From positions 1-62,877 of the forward strand of contig JBGSUE010000032.1 in the NCBI GenBank assembly GCA_041753515.1: a stretch of 62,877 nt of DNA, written 5' to 3'. The translations under genes and the position numbers were made by a program. This DNA comes from Patescibacteria group bacterium. Lineage in GTDB: Bacteria; Patescibacteriota; Microgenomatia; UBA10105; UBA927. Below are positions 29,184 to 38,013 of the stretch, one piece after another. How positions within the stretch are numbered: position 1 is the first letter of the stretch; every line of letters starts with the position of its first letter. The notes beneath the pieces are model-generated. The model was given only the letters and a program-made list of their open reading frames with translations, had not been told where the DNA came from and did not search any database.

Positions 29184-29837
29184 ATGGAAAAAGTGGTGTT
29201 GGTGACCGGGGCGTCAAGCGGGATAGGGAAGGAACTTGTACGGGAATTTCGGAAGAAGAAGTATCTGGTGATTGCAACAGGCCGCACTGAACAAGCACAG
29301 CCTGAGTATATTGCTGGTGATATTACGAATAAGGAAACACGCGATAAGTTAAAAGTTGCAGTTGAAAAATGTGGAAAACTAGATATCCTGGTCAATAACG
29401 CAGGGATATCGTATATCCAACCGTTTGTGAAAAATACACCTGAAGACCTTGATCTTATACTGGATACAAATGTCAAAGCACCAATTCTTCTGACTCAACT
29501 CCTATATCCTTATTTGAAAAAATCACAGGGAACTATTGTATTTATCAATTCAGCAGCAGGTAGACAGGGATATCCGAAACATACTCTCTACTCCATGAGT
29601 AAATTTGCCATCAACGGATATTCACAGAGTCTGCGTCTTGAGGCAAAAAATGATGGAGTGCGCGTGATGAGTATCTATCCCGGAGGCGTACGCACCAATC
29701 TGTATGACAGGGTTCTGGAAAAACCGGATACCAGCCTCTACATGGATCCGGCAAAACTGGCGCAGTTGGTCGTCCACGCCGCAACCACAAACGGATTATC
29801 ACCGGACGAAATCGTCATCAGCCGATTGACGAAATAA
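29184..29837 (+). CDS. Short-chain dehydrogenase/reductase (classical SDR)
   Basis: TGASSGIG cofactor motif, NNAG, catalytic YSMSK (YxxxK). Confidence 0.85.
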   Translation: MEKVVLVTGASSGIGKELVREFRKKKYLVIATGRTEQAQPEYIAGDITNKETRDKLKVAVEKCGKLDILVNNAGISYIQPFVKNTPEDLDLILDTNVKAPILLTQLLYPYLKKSQGTIVFINSAAGRQGYPKHTLYSMSKFAINGYSQSLRLEAKNDGVRVMSIYPGGVRTNLYDRVLEKPDTSLYMDPAKLAQLVVHAATTNGLSPDEIVISRLTK

Positions 29838-29969
29838 GATTCCCGAGGTGTGAAGCTTATTTAGTGATGGTAAAAAAGAAGTCGAACTGTATCGGCCTCA
29901 CTCTCCGGATTTACGGCGAGGGTCCGCTTTTGCTCGACTATAAAAAGTTTATCAAATTTGATGAAAGAA

Positions 29970-30062
29970 GTCATTGCGAAGGAGTGAAGCGACTGAAGCA
30001 ATCCCGACCGGAAATGATACACCAATGGGATTGCCACGCTCATTTCATTCGCTCGCAATGAC
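29970..30062. repeat. Palindromic intergenic repeat, family 1, copy B
   Basis: GTCATTGCGAAGGAGTGAAGCGACTGAAGCAATCCC ... GGGATTGCCACGCTCATTTCATTCGCTCGCAATGAC. The ORFs at 29861..30064 on both strands are artefacts of it. Confidence 0.8.
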
Positions 30063-30078
30063 ATGATAATCGATTACT

Positions 30079-31008
30079 TCACAATCGTGGGGATATCGGT
30101 AGAATGTTTTCAGATAAGGAAACTGTGACTGGTTTTTTGCCCGGATAACTCGTAATAGTATTACCCGCTTTGAGACGGGTATCCCGCATGCATATTTGAA
30201 TACATCGTCGTAATGCTTCTGATGATGTATCTGTCGTCATGTCAGCAAGTTGATCAAATAAGGAAATTTCTACATTATCCAATTCAGATAGATTATTGAA
30301 TTTTTTATCGGCAAATTCGGTGTAGTCCCATGGCTGAAGCTCAACTTTGTTGAGGGCATTCAGATCCCTTACTATATTTGCCCTGATAAACCACCAGCCG
30401 TTGATCCCGGGAATTGTTGTACCAAACGTATCAGGATCTGCTTTTCCTTCCCTGCATAATTGCCAAGCTTTCCCTGCAGGAATAAAATTTTTATCGGTCA
30501 AATTTAGATTGTCCATATGTTGTAAACTGTAAAATAATCTTTCCTCATTGCCGATTTCGGAATCAATCATCACCCATCTGTGTTTTCTTCTATTCCAAAA
30601 CTCCGTTATCCAGTGATCATCATTGAATCCAGGATGCCAATACGCGGCAAAACCACAGCGGACGCGTGCCGGAATGTGATGATACCGGAGGACGGAAACG
30701 CAAAATAGGGCAAAATTCCGGCAGAGCCCGACAAATCTGTTTTCCGGTTTTCTTTCATCGGATAACGGTGCATTGTTTTGTTGATGGATGATATCCAGAA
30801 TATTTTCCATAAAGTGTTCATTTATGTGGGAGATATTATTTTCCGGAATGACACATGTATATATTTTTTCTGCTGCACTGGGGTGGATAAATAACCCGTG
30901 TGAGATTTTCGTAATTACTTCAATATCATTCGGAATATCTGCATATAAATATGAATACTTACCCGGATTACTCATGGTGCTTTGGGATATGTAATAATCG
31001 GGTGTCAT
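30079..31008 (-). CDS. Transglutaminase-like (Cys-His-Asp core) cytoplasmic protein
   Basis: Candidate triad: FVGLCRNFALF (Cys), DDHWITEFW (His), WVMIDSE (Asp). ATG 31008 is preferred, with TATAAT 8 nt upstream. Confidence 0.65.
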   Translation of the reverse strand: MTPDYYISQSTMSNPGKYSYLYADIPNDIEVITKISHGLFIHPSAAEKIYTCVIPENNISHINEHFMENILDIIHQQNNAPLSDERKPENRFVGLCRNFALFCVSVLRYHHIPARVRCGFAAYWHPGFNDDHWITEFWNRRKHRWVMIDSEIGNEERLFYSLQHMDNLNLTDKNFIPAGKAWQLCREGKADPDTFGTTIPGINGWWFIRANIVRDLNALNKVELQPWDYTEFADKKFNNLSELDNVEISLFDQLADMTTDTSSEALRRCIQICMRDTRLKAGNTITSYPGKKPVTVSLSENILPISPRL

Positions 31009-31105
31009 GCTCACAAATTATAGATATTTTACTTCTATTCCACAACGAGTATGAGAAGTTTTCCCAGGTGCAAAGCTATTCTCCCATGTGAAGACTTGAC
31101 ATAAC

Positions 31106-31142
31106 GGGATTGCTTCTCCGTGGGAACGGTATCGCAATGACA
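31106..31142. repeat. Family-1 repeat, solo right arm (copy C)
   Basis: GGGATTGCTTCTCCGTGGGAACGGTATCGCAATGAC. No matching left arm upstream. Confidence 0.7.
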
Positions 31143-31150
31143 CTATTCTA

Positions 31151-33400
31151 TTATTTCACAATCGTTGGTTTTGTGTCGGTGTGGGGGCAGTCGAGGCAGT
31201 ATTGGGAGAGTGGATCTTTGACGATTTGCCTCTCTACGACCTCGGTGTTTTCGCTGACTCCGTACGGCGCCAGATCCTGCGTCGCCTTATCGATGATTGC
31301 CGCCTGTTTCAGATTTTCAATCTCCGTTGGGACAGTCCCTTTGATAAAATATTCAAATCTGGTCGGACATGCTCCGTCCGATGCAGGTTTGAGTCCTGTG
31401 AGCGAGCAGACCTGTGCGCCAACCACACCCTCCGGCTGTTTGGGCCAGATATCCGGTTGGTTTTCAAGAAGATGTCTCATGATTTTATTCCAGATCGGTG
31501 CGGCACCGGTCACACCGCTTGACAGATACGGATGCATGGGAGAGTTGTCGTTGTTACCGACCCAGACGGAAACAAGAAATTGGGGTGTATATCCAATGGT
31601 CCAGTTGTCGCGTTTGTCATCCGTCGTGCCTGTTTTTACCGATACGGAATGGTTGGGGATGACGAGCTCGGATTGTGAACCAAATGCAGCACTTCTCGCA
31701 TTATTATCCAGGAGGATGTGGGAAATAAGAAATGCTGTTTCAGGCGATATGACCTGCTCTCCCTGAATAAGAAGTTGTGATGGGATGTCCGATTCCATAT
31801 TCGGGTCATTGTGCTCATGGAGGACCGATCCGTTTTTATCCGCGACTTTGGTGATGGCAACAAGGTCTTTGCGGATGCCACCGTTTGCAAATACCCCGAA
31901 TGCGGTTGCCATATCCGTCATATGTACTTCGCCTCCCCCCAATGTCAGCGACAGTCCGTAATGGGAGGGATCCTTGAGTGTCGTGAGGCCAAACGCACTC
32001 GCACTTGCAACGAATTCTTCCACGGTATTAAGCTTCAGCATTTTGACGGCAGGGATATTCAACGAATTTCCCAGAGCAAAACGGAGTTGTGTCGGCCCCC
32101 GGAACGTGCCGTCGTAGTTCCTGGGGCAGTAGGACGGCTGGCCAGTTACAACAAAGCAAGTAGGGATGTCCAGAAACATGGTGGCAGGAGTGACGATGTT
32201 CCGGTCGATTCCTATGGCATAATTGATCGGTTTAATCGATGATCCGGGCTGGCGAAGGGCAGTGGTGACATTGTATGAGCCGGAGGGGGTGGCAAAATAA
32301 TCCGTACTTCCGATCATGGACAGTATTTCGCCTGTTGCCGGTTTTGTGACAAGGACTGCGCCATTGCCCACGCGTAAACCGGCGAGTTTTTCAATCTCGG
32401 ATGCGACCGTTGCCTGAATATACTCATCCAGATCAAGATCAAGAGTCGTTATTACCTTGAGTCCTCCCCGCTCTACCATATTTTCTCCGTACATTTCCAC
32501 GAGCTGTTCCTTGACATACATGACAAAATGCGGAGCTTTAATATTGCGGGGCTGTGCAAAGATGAGCGGTTCATTTTTTGCAGTATCTGCTTCCTTTTGG
32601 CTGATATATCCGTCCTCCGCCATACGGCGCAGAACATCTTTTTGCCGCTCACCTGCCAGTTCCGGATGGGATCCGAATGGTGAATAGAGCGTCGGGGCTT
32701 GCGGAAGTCCTGCAAGAAGTGCGGCTTCGGGCAGTGTGAGATCTTCGACATTTTTTGAAAAATATTTTTCTGCTGCAGTTTCAATTCCCCACGCGGTCCC
32801 TCCATATGGTACCTGGTTTAAATACATCTCGAGGATTTTTTCTTTCGGATAAAGAATTTCCACCCAGAATGCAAGAATGATTTCCTTAATTTTTCTGATG
32901 ACGCTTCTCTCATTGGTCAGAAGTGCTGTTTTCACCAATTGCTGGGTAATTGTGGATCCTCCCTGCAGTTTTTTTCCTGTAAGTGTCGCGACCGTTGCCC
33001 GCAGCATGCCGCCTACAGGGTTTACACCCTGGTGTTTATAAAAATCCTTATCTTCGATTGCAATTGTCGCTTCCTGGACAACTTTGGGTATTTTGGATAA
33101 CGGTACCGGAGTCCTGTTCTGGTCGGCGAATATATCATATAAAAGCACGCCATGTCGGTCATAGACTTTTGTGGCCAACGGAATATCATAACTTGATAGT
33201 TTGGTTGGGGAAGGGAGATCCTTAAAAATGACCATATACGATCCGATGATCATGGATAAAGGCAGGATCCAGAAAAGGTATGCGAAGATCCGCCGCACGG
33301 ATATTTTTTTTGGTTTTGAACTGGCAAATCGGCCGCTGGTACCGCGTGTTACGGACTTCGAAAATGCGTGTTTACGTAGTGTATGTGATGATTTCGGCAT
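31151..33400 (-). CDS. Class A penicillin-binding protein (GT51 + transpeptidase), paralog B
   Basis: EDKDFYKHQG, GGSTITQQL, SSIK, SLN and KTGT motifs. Start moved to ATG 33400 because TATAAT (33413-33408) overlaps the first ATG and lies 7 nt before the second. Confidence 0.9.
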   Translation of the reverse strand: MPKSSHTLRKHAFSKSVTRGTSGRFASSKPKKISVRRIFAYLFWILPLSMIIGSYMVIFKDLPSPTKLSSYDIPLATKVYDRHGVLLYDIFADQNRTPVPLSKIPKVVQEATIAIEDKDFYKHQGVNPVGGMLRATVATLTGKKLQGGSTITQQLVKTALLTNERSVIRKIKEIILAFWVEILYPKEKILEMYLNQVPYGGTAWGIETAAEKYFSKNVEDLTLPEAALLAGLPQAPTLYSPFGSHPELAGERQKDVLRRMAEDGYISQKEADTAKNEPLIFAQPRNIKAPHFVMYVKEQLVEMYGENMVERGGLKVITTLDLDLDEYIQATVASEIEKLAGLRVGNGAVLVTKPATGEILSMIGSTDYFATPSGSYNVTTALRQPGSSIKPINYAIGIDRNIVTPATMFLDIPTCFVVTGQPSYCPRNYDGTFRGPTQLRFALGNSLNIPAVKMLKLNTVEEFVASASAFGLTTLKDPSHYGLSLTLGGGEVHMTDMATAFGVFANGGIRKDLVAITKVADKNGSVLHEHNDPNMESDIPSQLLIQGEQVISPETAFLISHILLDNNARSAAFGSQSELVIPNHSVSVKTGTTDDKRDNWTIGYTPQFLVSVWVGNNDNSPMHPYLSSGVTGAAPIWNKIMRHLLENQPDIWPKQPEGVVGAQVCSLTGLKPASDGACPTRFEYFIKGTVPTEIENLKQAAIIDKATQDLAPYGVSENTEVVERQIVKDPLSQYCLDCPHTDTKPTIVK

Positions 33401-33461
33401 GGCAACCATTATATATCACCGGTTCAAATTTTTCTTCATAAGAGATATATAATAGACGTGT

Positions 33462-34142
33462 ATGGCGTATGATCCAAATGAACTTCTATATAAAAGTGTT
33501 TTCTGCACAGATAATTCAGAAAGTAATGGAGTAGCAACGGATCATTTCAGCGATGAGTGTTTTGTTATTGCTGATGCGGGAGATTCTCCGTCACATGCTG
33601 GAGCCATTGCCCGGTATACCGCAGAAACTGCCGTTTGGGGATACAAACTTATACGGCAAAGAAATTTTTACTGGTCGGATAAACAATTACTCCTCAAGCG
33701 GATTTTCAGATCAGTCAATATCGCATTATGGCAAAAGCGGCGCGATCCGGAATACAAGCAAATTATGGTATCCCTTGCCGTGATTATACTCGGGAAGGAA
33801 AAATGCTGGATAGGGTGGATTGGAACGAACAATATCGTAATTGTGCGAAATGCTGCAGTATTTTTTAGGGCTATTACATCTTCCGACGATGTGATAGTAC
33901 ATCAAAGGCTTGGTGTGCGCCGTTTCGGTGTTGTGCCACGTACATACCGGGATGAAATGATCAATTCTGACACTATTATTGCAGTGAATTGCGGAATCTG
34001 GCGTCATACAACGGATGCGGTAATGATCCGCGTGGCAGTGGAGTATCAGAAGGAACGTGCCTGTGAAATGTTGCATGACGGAATGAGCCGTGAATCGGAA
34101 ACCGAAGAGAAAGCCGCTATCATCATCCGCAGATTAGGCTGA
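33462..34142 (+). CDS. Hypothetical protein, degenerate PP2C-like fold (possible pseudophosphatase)
   Basis: By eye it aligns to the PP2C motif order (FVIADAGDSPSHAGAIA; WIGWIGTNNIVIVRN; IIAVNCGIW), but the GDSR- and SDG-type positions are substituted. The family assignment is weak. Confidence 0.35.
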   Translation: MAYDPNELLYKSVFCTDNSESNGVATDHFSDECFVIADAGDSPSHAGAIARYTAETAVWGYKLIRQRNFYWSDKQLLLKRIFRSVNIALWQKRRDPEYKQIMVSLAVIILGKEKCWIGWIGTNNIVIVRNAAVFFRAITSSDDVIVHQRLGVRRFGVVPRTYRDEMINSDTIIAVNCGIWRHTTDAVMIRVAVEYQKERACEMLHDGMSRESETEEKAAIIIRRLG

Positions 34143-34193
34143 AAATACCCCCTCTTTACAATTTTCTCGTAAAATCAGACAATTTCGGATAGT

Positions 34194-35519
34194 ATGCAGA
34201 AGAATCAGTTTCCTACATATATAGTTTTAGCTGTTTTGGCAATAGTGCTTCCCATTATATCCGTATCGGTGCAAAATGCCCAAAACATCCGTAATTATGC
34301 TGTATGCGATGATCAAAACTGCGCAAACATCAAGAATGGCAGTTATTGGATGATAATAAATTGTTATTCAGGTGATGCAGATGGAGATATTCAGTTGTGC
34401 AATCAGAAAGGGAGAATCGGATATTGCCGTAATACTGCATTTTGTTGTCCAACCTCCGGGGCTCAATGGACAACGAATATGTCCGCCTGTCCAACTCCCA
34501 CACCGATAAAAACAAAAACACCGACACCGTCCCGCACCCCATCCAATACGCGTACTCCTACACCTACCCGATCCATTACACCTACGAGGTCACCAACATC
34601 CACACGGATTCCAACGTCAACTCCAAGGCCAACATCTACACGGATTCCAACGTCAACTCCAAGGCCAACATCTACACGGATTCCCACATCCACACCCCGC
34701 CCAACATCTACACGGATTCCCACATCCACACCCAGGCCTTCATCCACAAAGATTCCTTCATCAACTCCACGTCCGACTGCAACGAGGATACCCTCGTCAA
34801 CACCGAAAGGATTTATTCCTTCCTCAACCCCCCGGCCGTCATCAACTCCAAAACCTACCTCTACCCTCAAGCCGTCATCGACAGTTAAGCCGTCAATAAC
34901 ACCGGTAGGCTATGTAGCCCCGACACCTACACATACTCCTGCCGGGACACCGGCGATTGGAGGGTCAGATATCAATCCCACACCGACTTTTTACTCGACG
35001 GCTCTTCATCCAACCCCCACATTTGCATGGCCGGATTTGTTGTCCGGGACGCCCGCGCCTGCCGGGTCAGTACCGTTTTTAGTGGTTGATCCGTTTTCAG
35101 ATAAAAACAACGAGACGTCCGAGCGTTTTACCGTCACCGGAAAAACGTATCCATACAGCACTCTGGAGATTACGATTTCTCCCGATACTGTCAAAAAAAC
35201 CGTACAGGCAGATAAAAATGGGTTGTGGAAATATCAGCAGGATACACCGCTTGCACTTGGAGAAAAGACAATGGTGGTGACATCGACATCACAGGATGGA
35301 GTATCCAATTCGGTTACGATTCCGTTCACCGTACAGAAAAAGAAATCCTTCACCTGGATATTTTGGCTTATTTTGCTTCTTATCATTGCGGCCGCATGGT
35401 ATATCTGGAAAAAAATCAAGGACGCACAGTATATTCCTCCAATCCGATCTGAATTGTTCGGGGAAGAGAAGAAAACTCCACCAGACACTTCACCTTCACC
35501 ACCGGATTTGCACACTTGA
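34194..35519 (+). CDS. Surface protein: signal anchor, Cys-rich module, long Pro/Thr/Ser repeat linker, Ig-like module, C-terminal TM anchor
   Basis: N-terminal hydrophobic segment, about 200 aa of PTSTRIPTSTPR-type repeats, and a C-terminal helix WIFWLILLLIIAAAWYIW followed by KKIK. Confidence 0.6.
   Translation: MQKNQFPTYIVLAVLAIVLPIISVSVQNAQNIRNYAVCDDQNCANIKNGSYWMIINCYSGDADGDIQLCNQKGRIGYCRNTAFCCPTSGAQWTTNMSACPTPTPIKTKTPTPSRTPSNTRTPTPTRSITPTRSPTSTRIPTSTPRPTSTRIPTSTPRPTSTRIPTSTPRPTSTRIPTSTPRPSSTKIPSSTPRPTATRIPSSTPKGFIPSSTPRPSSTPKPTSTLKPSSTVKPSITPVGYVAPTPTHTPAGTPAIGGSDINPTPTFYSTALHPTPTFAWPDLLSGTPAPAGSVPFLVVDPFSDKNNETSERFTVTGKTYPYSTLEITISPDTVKKTVQADKNGLWKYQQDTPLALGEKTMVVTSTSQDGVSNSVTIPFTVQKKKSFTWIFWLILLLIIAAAWYIWKKIKDAQYIPPIRSELFGEEKKTPPDTSPSPPDLHT
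34593..34772 (+). repeat. 36-bp in-frame tandem repeat (about 5 units; the first 4 near-identical)
   Basis: Units start at 34593, 34629, 34665, 34701 and 34737. Consensus CCAACATCTACACGGATTCCAACGTCAACTCCAAGG encodes PTSTRIPTSTPR. Confidence 0.85.
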
Positions 35520-35550
35520 AGTTTACGTTTATTTATTCAATAATGAATGT

Positions 35551-37035
35551 ATGGCAGATGACGATTTTTCGATAATCAGAGATGAAGGAACCCCTCCGAC
35601 GTATAAATTTTTCAACGGAAAAGAGTGGGTTGACAGTGTAAGCGGGAAATACAATGATGTAGTATCTCCTGTGGACGGATCTGTAGTCGGAAGGCTACCG
35701 GTTGTAACCAAAGATGAGATAGACAGGGCTCTTGAGCTAGCTTCCATAAAACAAGCAGCATGGGAACAAACTCCCCTCAATGAGCGGATTAAGATAATGC
35801 ATCTGGCGGCTGATTATATCCGTCATTACATGGAGTATCTGGTGAATCTTATGGTGATGGAAATCGGAAAATCCATCAAAGAATCCAAAAGTGAAATTAA
35901 CCGTACGGCAGAACTCATAGATTACTATGCAGATGAGGCACAATCCATAAAAGGTGAGACGCTTGATAGTGATAATTTTCCGGGATACAAAAAAGGCCAG
36001 TTATGTATCATGAATAGGGCAGCGTACGGAACAGTACTGTCTATTGCCCCCTTCAATTACCCGGTAAATCTGTCCGCAAGCAAGATCGCCCCGGCACTTT
36101 TAATGGGTAATGCTGTTGCAGTAAAACCGCCGACCCAAGGCGGCATCAGTGGGCTTCATTTGGTGCGGTTATTCCAAAAAGCAGGTGTACCGGAAGGGGT
36201 GATGTGTGCACTGACCGGAAGCGGCGCTGAAATCGGAGATATACTGTCTTCCCATAAAAATGTGCATATGGTGGCATTTACAGGATCAAGCGGGACAGGT
36301 TTGCATATCGCTTCTCATGCACCAATGAAACAGCTATTATTTGAATGTGGTGGAAATAATCCGACCATCGTGCTTCCTGATGCAGATATGAGCTTCACAG
36401 CAAGTGAAATCGTCAAGGGCGCTTTTTCGTATGCAGGCCAACGGTGTACAGCGATTAAATATGTGTTGTCCACTCAAGGAATCATCGATGCATTGCTCCC
36501 ACTTGTTAAAAAGCAGACAGAGGAATTGGTAAAAGTAGGGGATCCCAGAAACCCTGAAACGAAAATGGTAGGACCCGTGATTTCGCAAAGTGAGGCGCAA
36601 CATATAAAACAGGTTATTGATGAAGCAGTGTCAAAAGGCGCCAAAGTAGAATTTGGAGGAACGGTTGAAAAAACATATGTCTATCCCACGATTTTTTCCA
36701 ATGCCAAGCCGGATATGATGGTGGTATCGTGTGAAATATTTGGTCCAGTGCTGTCTTTTATTGCAGTGTCCGGACCAGATGAAGCTGTGCGTATTATCAA
36801 TTCATCCATGTTTGGCCTTCAGGCAAGCATTTTTACCACGGATGAAGGAGCAGGGTTGGCGCTTGCGTCAAAAATCAACGTCGGAACCGTACAGATTAAT
36901 GGATCTCCCCAGAGAGGGCCAGATCATTTTCCGTTTTTAGGCGTGAAGGAATCTGGAGTTGGTGTACAGGGTGTGCGGTATTCCCTGGAGGCTATGAGCA
37001 GATTAAAGCCTGTTGTTATCAATAAACCGCAATAA
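35551..37035 (+). CDS. gapN: Aldehyde dehydrogenase family, GapN-like non-phosphorylating NADP-dependent GAPDH
   Basis: 494 aa. FNGKEW N-terminus, FTGS, ECGGNNP, and catalytic-Cys context YAGQRCTAIKYV typical of GapN. Start at MADDDF; the longer ORF overlaps the upstream gene. Confidence 0.7.
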   Translation: MADDDFSIIRDEGTPPTYKFFNGKEWVDSVSGKYNDVVSPVDGSVVGRLPVVTKDEIDRALELASIKQAAWEQTPLNERIKIMHLAADYIRHYMEYLVNLMVMEIGKSIKESKSEINRTAELIDYYADEAQSIKGETLDSDNFPGYKKGQLCIMNRAAYGTVLSIAPFNYPVNLSASKIAPALLMGNAVAVKPPTQGGISGLHLVRLFQKAGVPEGVMCALTGSGAEIGDILSSHKNVHMVAFTGSSGTGLHIASHAPMKQLLFECGGNNPTIVLPDADMSFTASEIVKGAFSYAGQRCTAIKYVLSTQGIIDALLPLVKKQTEELVKVGDPRNPETKMVGPVISQSEAQHIKQVIDEAVSKGAKVEFGGTVEKTYVYPTIFSNAKPDMMVVSCEIFGPVLSFIAVSGPDEAVRIINSSMFGLQASIFTTDEGAGLALASKINVGTVQINGSPQRGPDHFPFLGVKESGVGVQGVRYSLEAMSRLKPVVINKPQ

Positions 37036-37073
37036 TTGATACCCTTCTGTTTCTATGCTATGATCCAAATCAC

Positions 37074-38009
37074 ATGAAGCGTTCTTTTGTTTTCCTTCTT
37101 ATCCTCTTTATTGTCGGGGCAGGAATTGCAGCAGCAGTCCGATATTTTATGCAGTCGCCAAAAAACGGGAGACTGAGCGTAAAAAGCAATTCGGAAGCAA
37201 CTATTTATCTTGATAATGTTCATATCGGGAGAACGCCGTATGACGGTGAAGTGATGGAAGGAGAATATACGTTGAAGCTGACTGCGGAACAACCTTCTTC
37301 AGATACCGCTTGGCAGGGAAAAATCACGGTGAATCCCGGTACGCTGACGTACGTGAATGCAGATCTGGGTGATTCTGAATTCAACAGCGCTGTTGAAGTG
37401 TTGTGGCTGGAAAAGATATCGAGTAAAAATTCCGAAATATCTCTCGTGACAAATCCTGATGGTGCATCGGTCACTCTGGACAATGAAGCTAAAGGCATAT
37501 CGCCGGTGACGCTTGCCGATATTTCTCCGGGAGACCATACGCTGACCGTAACTTCTCCGGGATTTGATGTGCGCACAATTAATATCAAAACAACGGCAGG
37601 TTTCCGGCTGCTGTCATTCATAAAAATGGCGCTTGTGAGATCTGACACGGTAGTGGAAGATGATGAGCCGGAAGCGACTGATTCTTCTGATCTTATTGAT
37701 GAGGCAACTGTTTCTGCTTTTCCAAAAACGACTGTACAGACAACTCCAAAGAGCACTGTGACACCAAAACCAACCAAGACCACTCTTGAAAAACCGTATA
37801 TTACGATTTCTGATACACCGACAGGTTTTCTGCGGGTCCGTGATGAGGCAACAACAGGTTCAGCTGAAGTCGGGCGTGTGGAGCCGGGAGATTCATTTGC
37901 ACTTCTGGACACAGAAACTGATGCTAAAAATACCGCATGGTACAAGATAGAATACGAGGATGAAAAGATGGGTTGGGTCTCCAGCCAATACGCGGATTTG
38001 TTTGAATAG
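37074..38009 (+). CDS. PEGA-domain protein with C-terminal bacterial SH3 domain
   Basis: TM anchor, two PEGA repeats (ATIYLDNVHIGRTPY; ASVTLDNEAKGISPV), and a C-terminal SH3b-like segment GFLRVRDEATTGSAEVGRVEPGDSFALL...WYKIEY...GWVSSQY. Confidence 0.7.
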   Translation: MKRSFVFLLILFIVGAGIAAAVRYFMQSPKNGRLSVKSNSEATIYLDNVHIGRTPYDGEVMEGEYTLKLTAEQPSSDTAWQGKITVNPGTLTYVNADLGDSEFNSAVEVLWLEKISSKNSEISLVTNPDGASVTLDNEAKGISPVTLADISPGDHTLTVTSPGFDVRTINIKTTAGFRLLSFIKMALVRSDTVVEDDEPEATDSSDLIDEATVSAFPKTTVQTTPKSTVTPKPTKTTLEKPYITISDTPTGFLRVRDEATTGSAEVGRVEPGDSFALLDTETDAKNTAWYKIEYEDEKMGWVSSQYADLFE

Positions 38010-38013
38010 AGTC

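Noticed and set aside
29108-29476. 123-codon N-terminal extension of the giant ORF (track entry 25487..29476, 1329 aa).
   Set aside because: The extension runs antisense through the well-supported SDR gene (TGxxxGIG at its start) and has low-complexity, non-protein-like sequence. MGEPIKQ at 29107 has a -10 box 7 nt upstream.
29861-30064. Two ~65-aa ORFs on opposite strands (…QSLHSFAMTS…).
   Set aside because: They are produced by the family-1 palindromic repeat, which reads open on both strands. Similar spurious peptides arise at the other repeat copies.
34593-34810. Regularly spaced 36-bp repeats, considered as a possible CRISPR array.
   Set aside because: The repeats are directly tandem with no spacers, lie in frame within a long ORF and encode a PT-rich linker. 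No cas genes are present.
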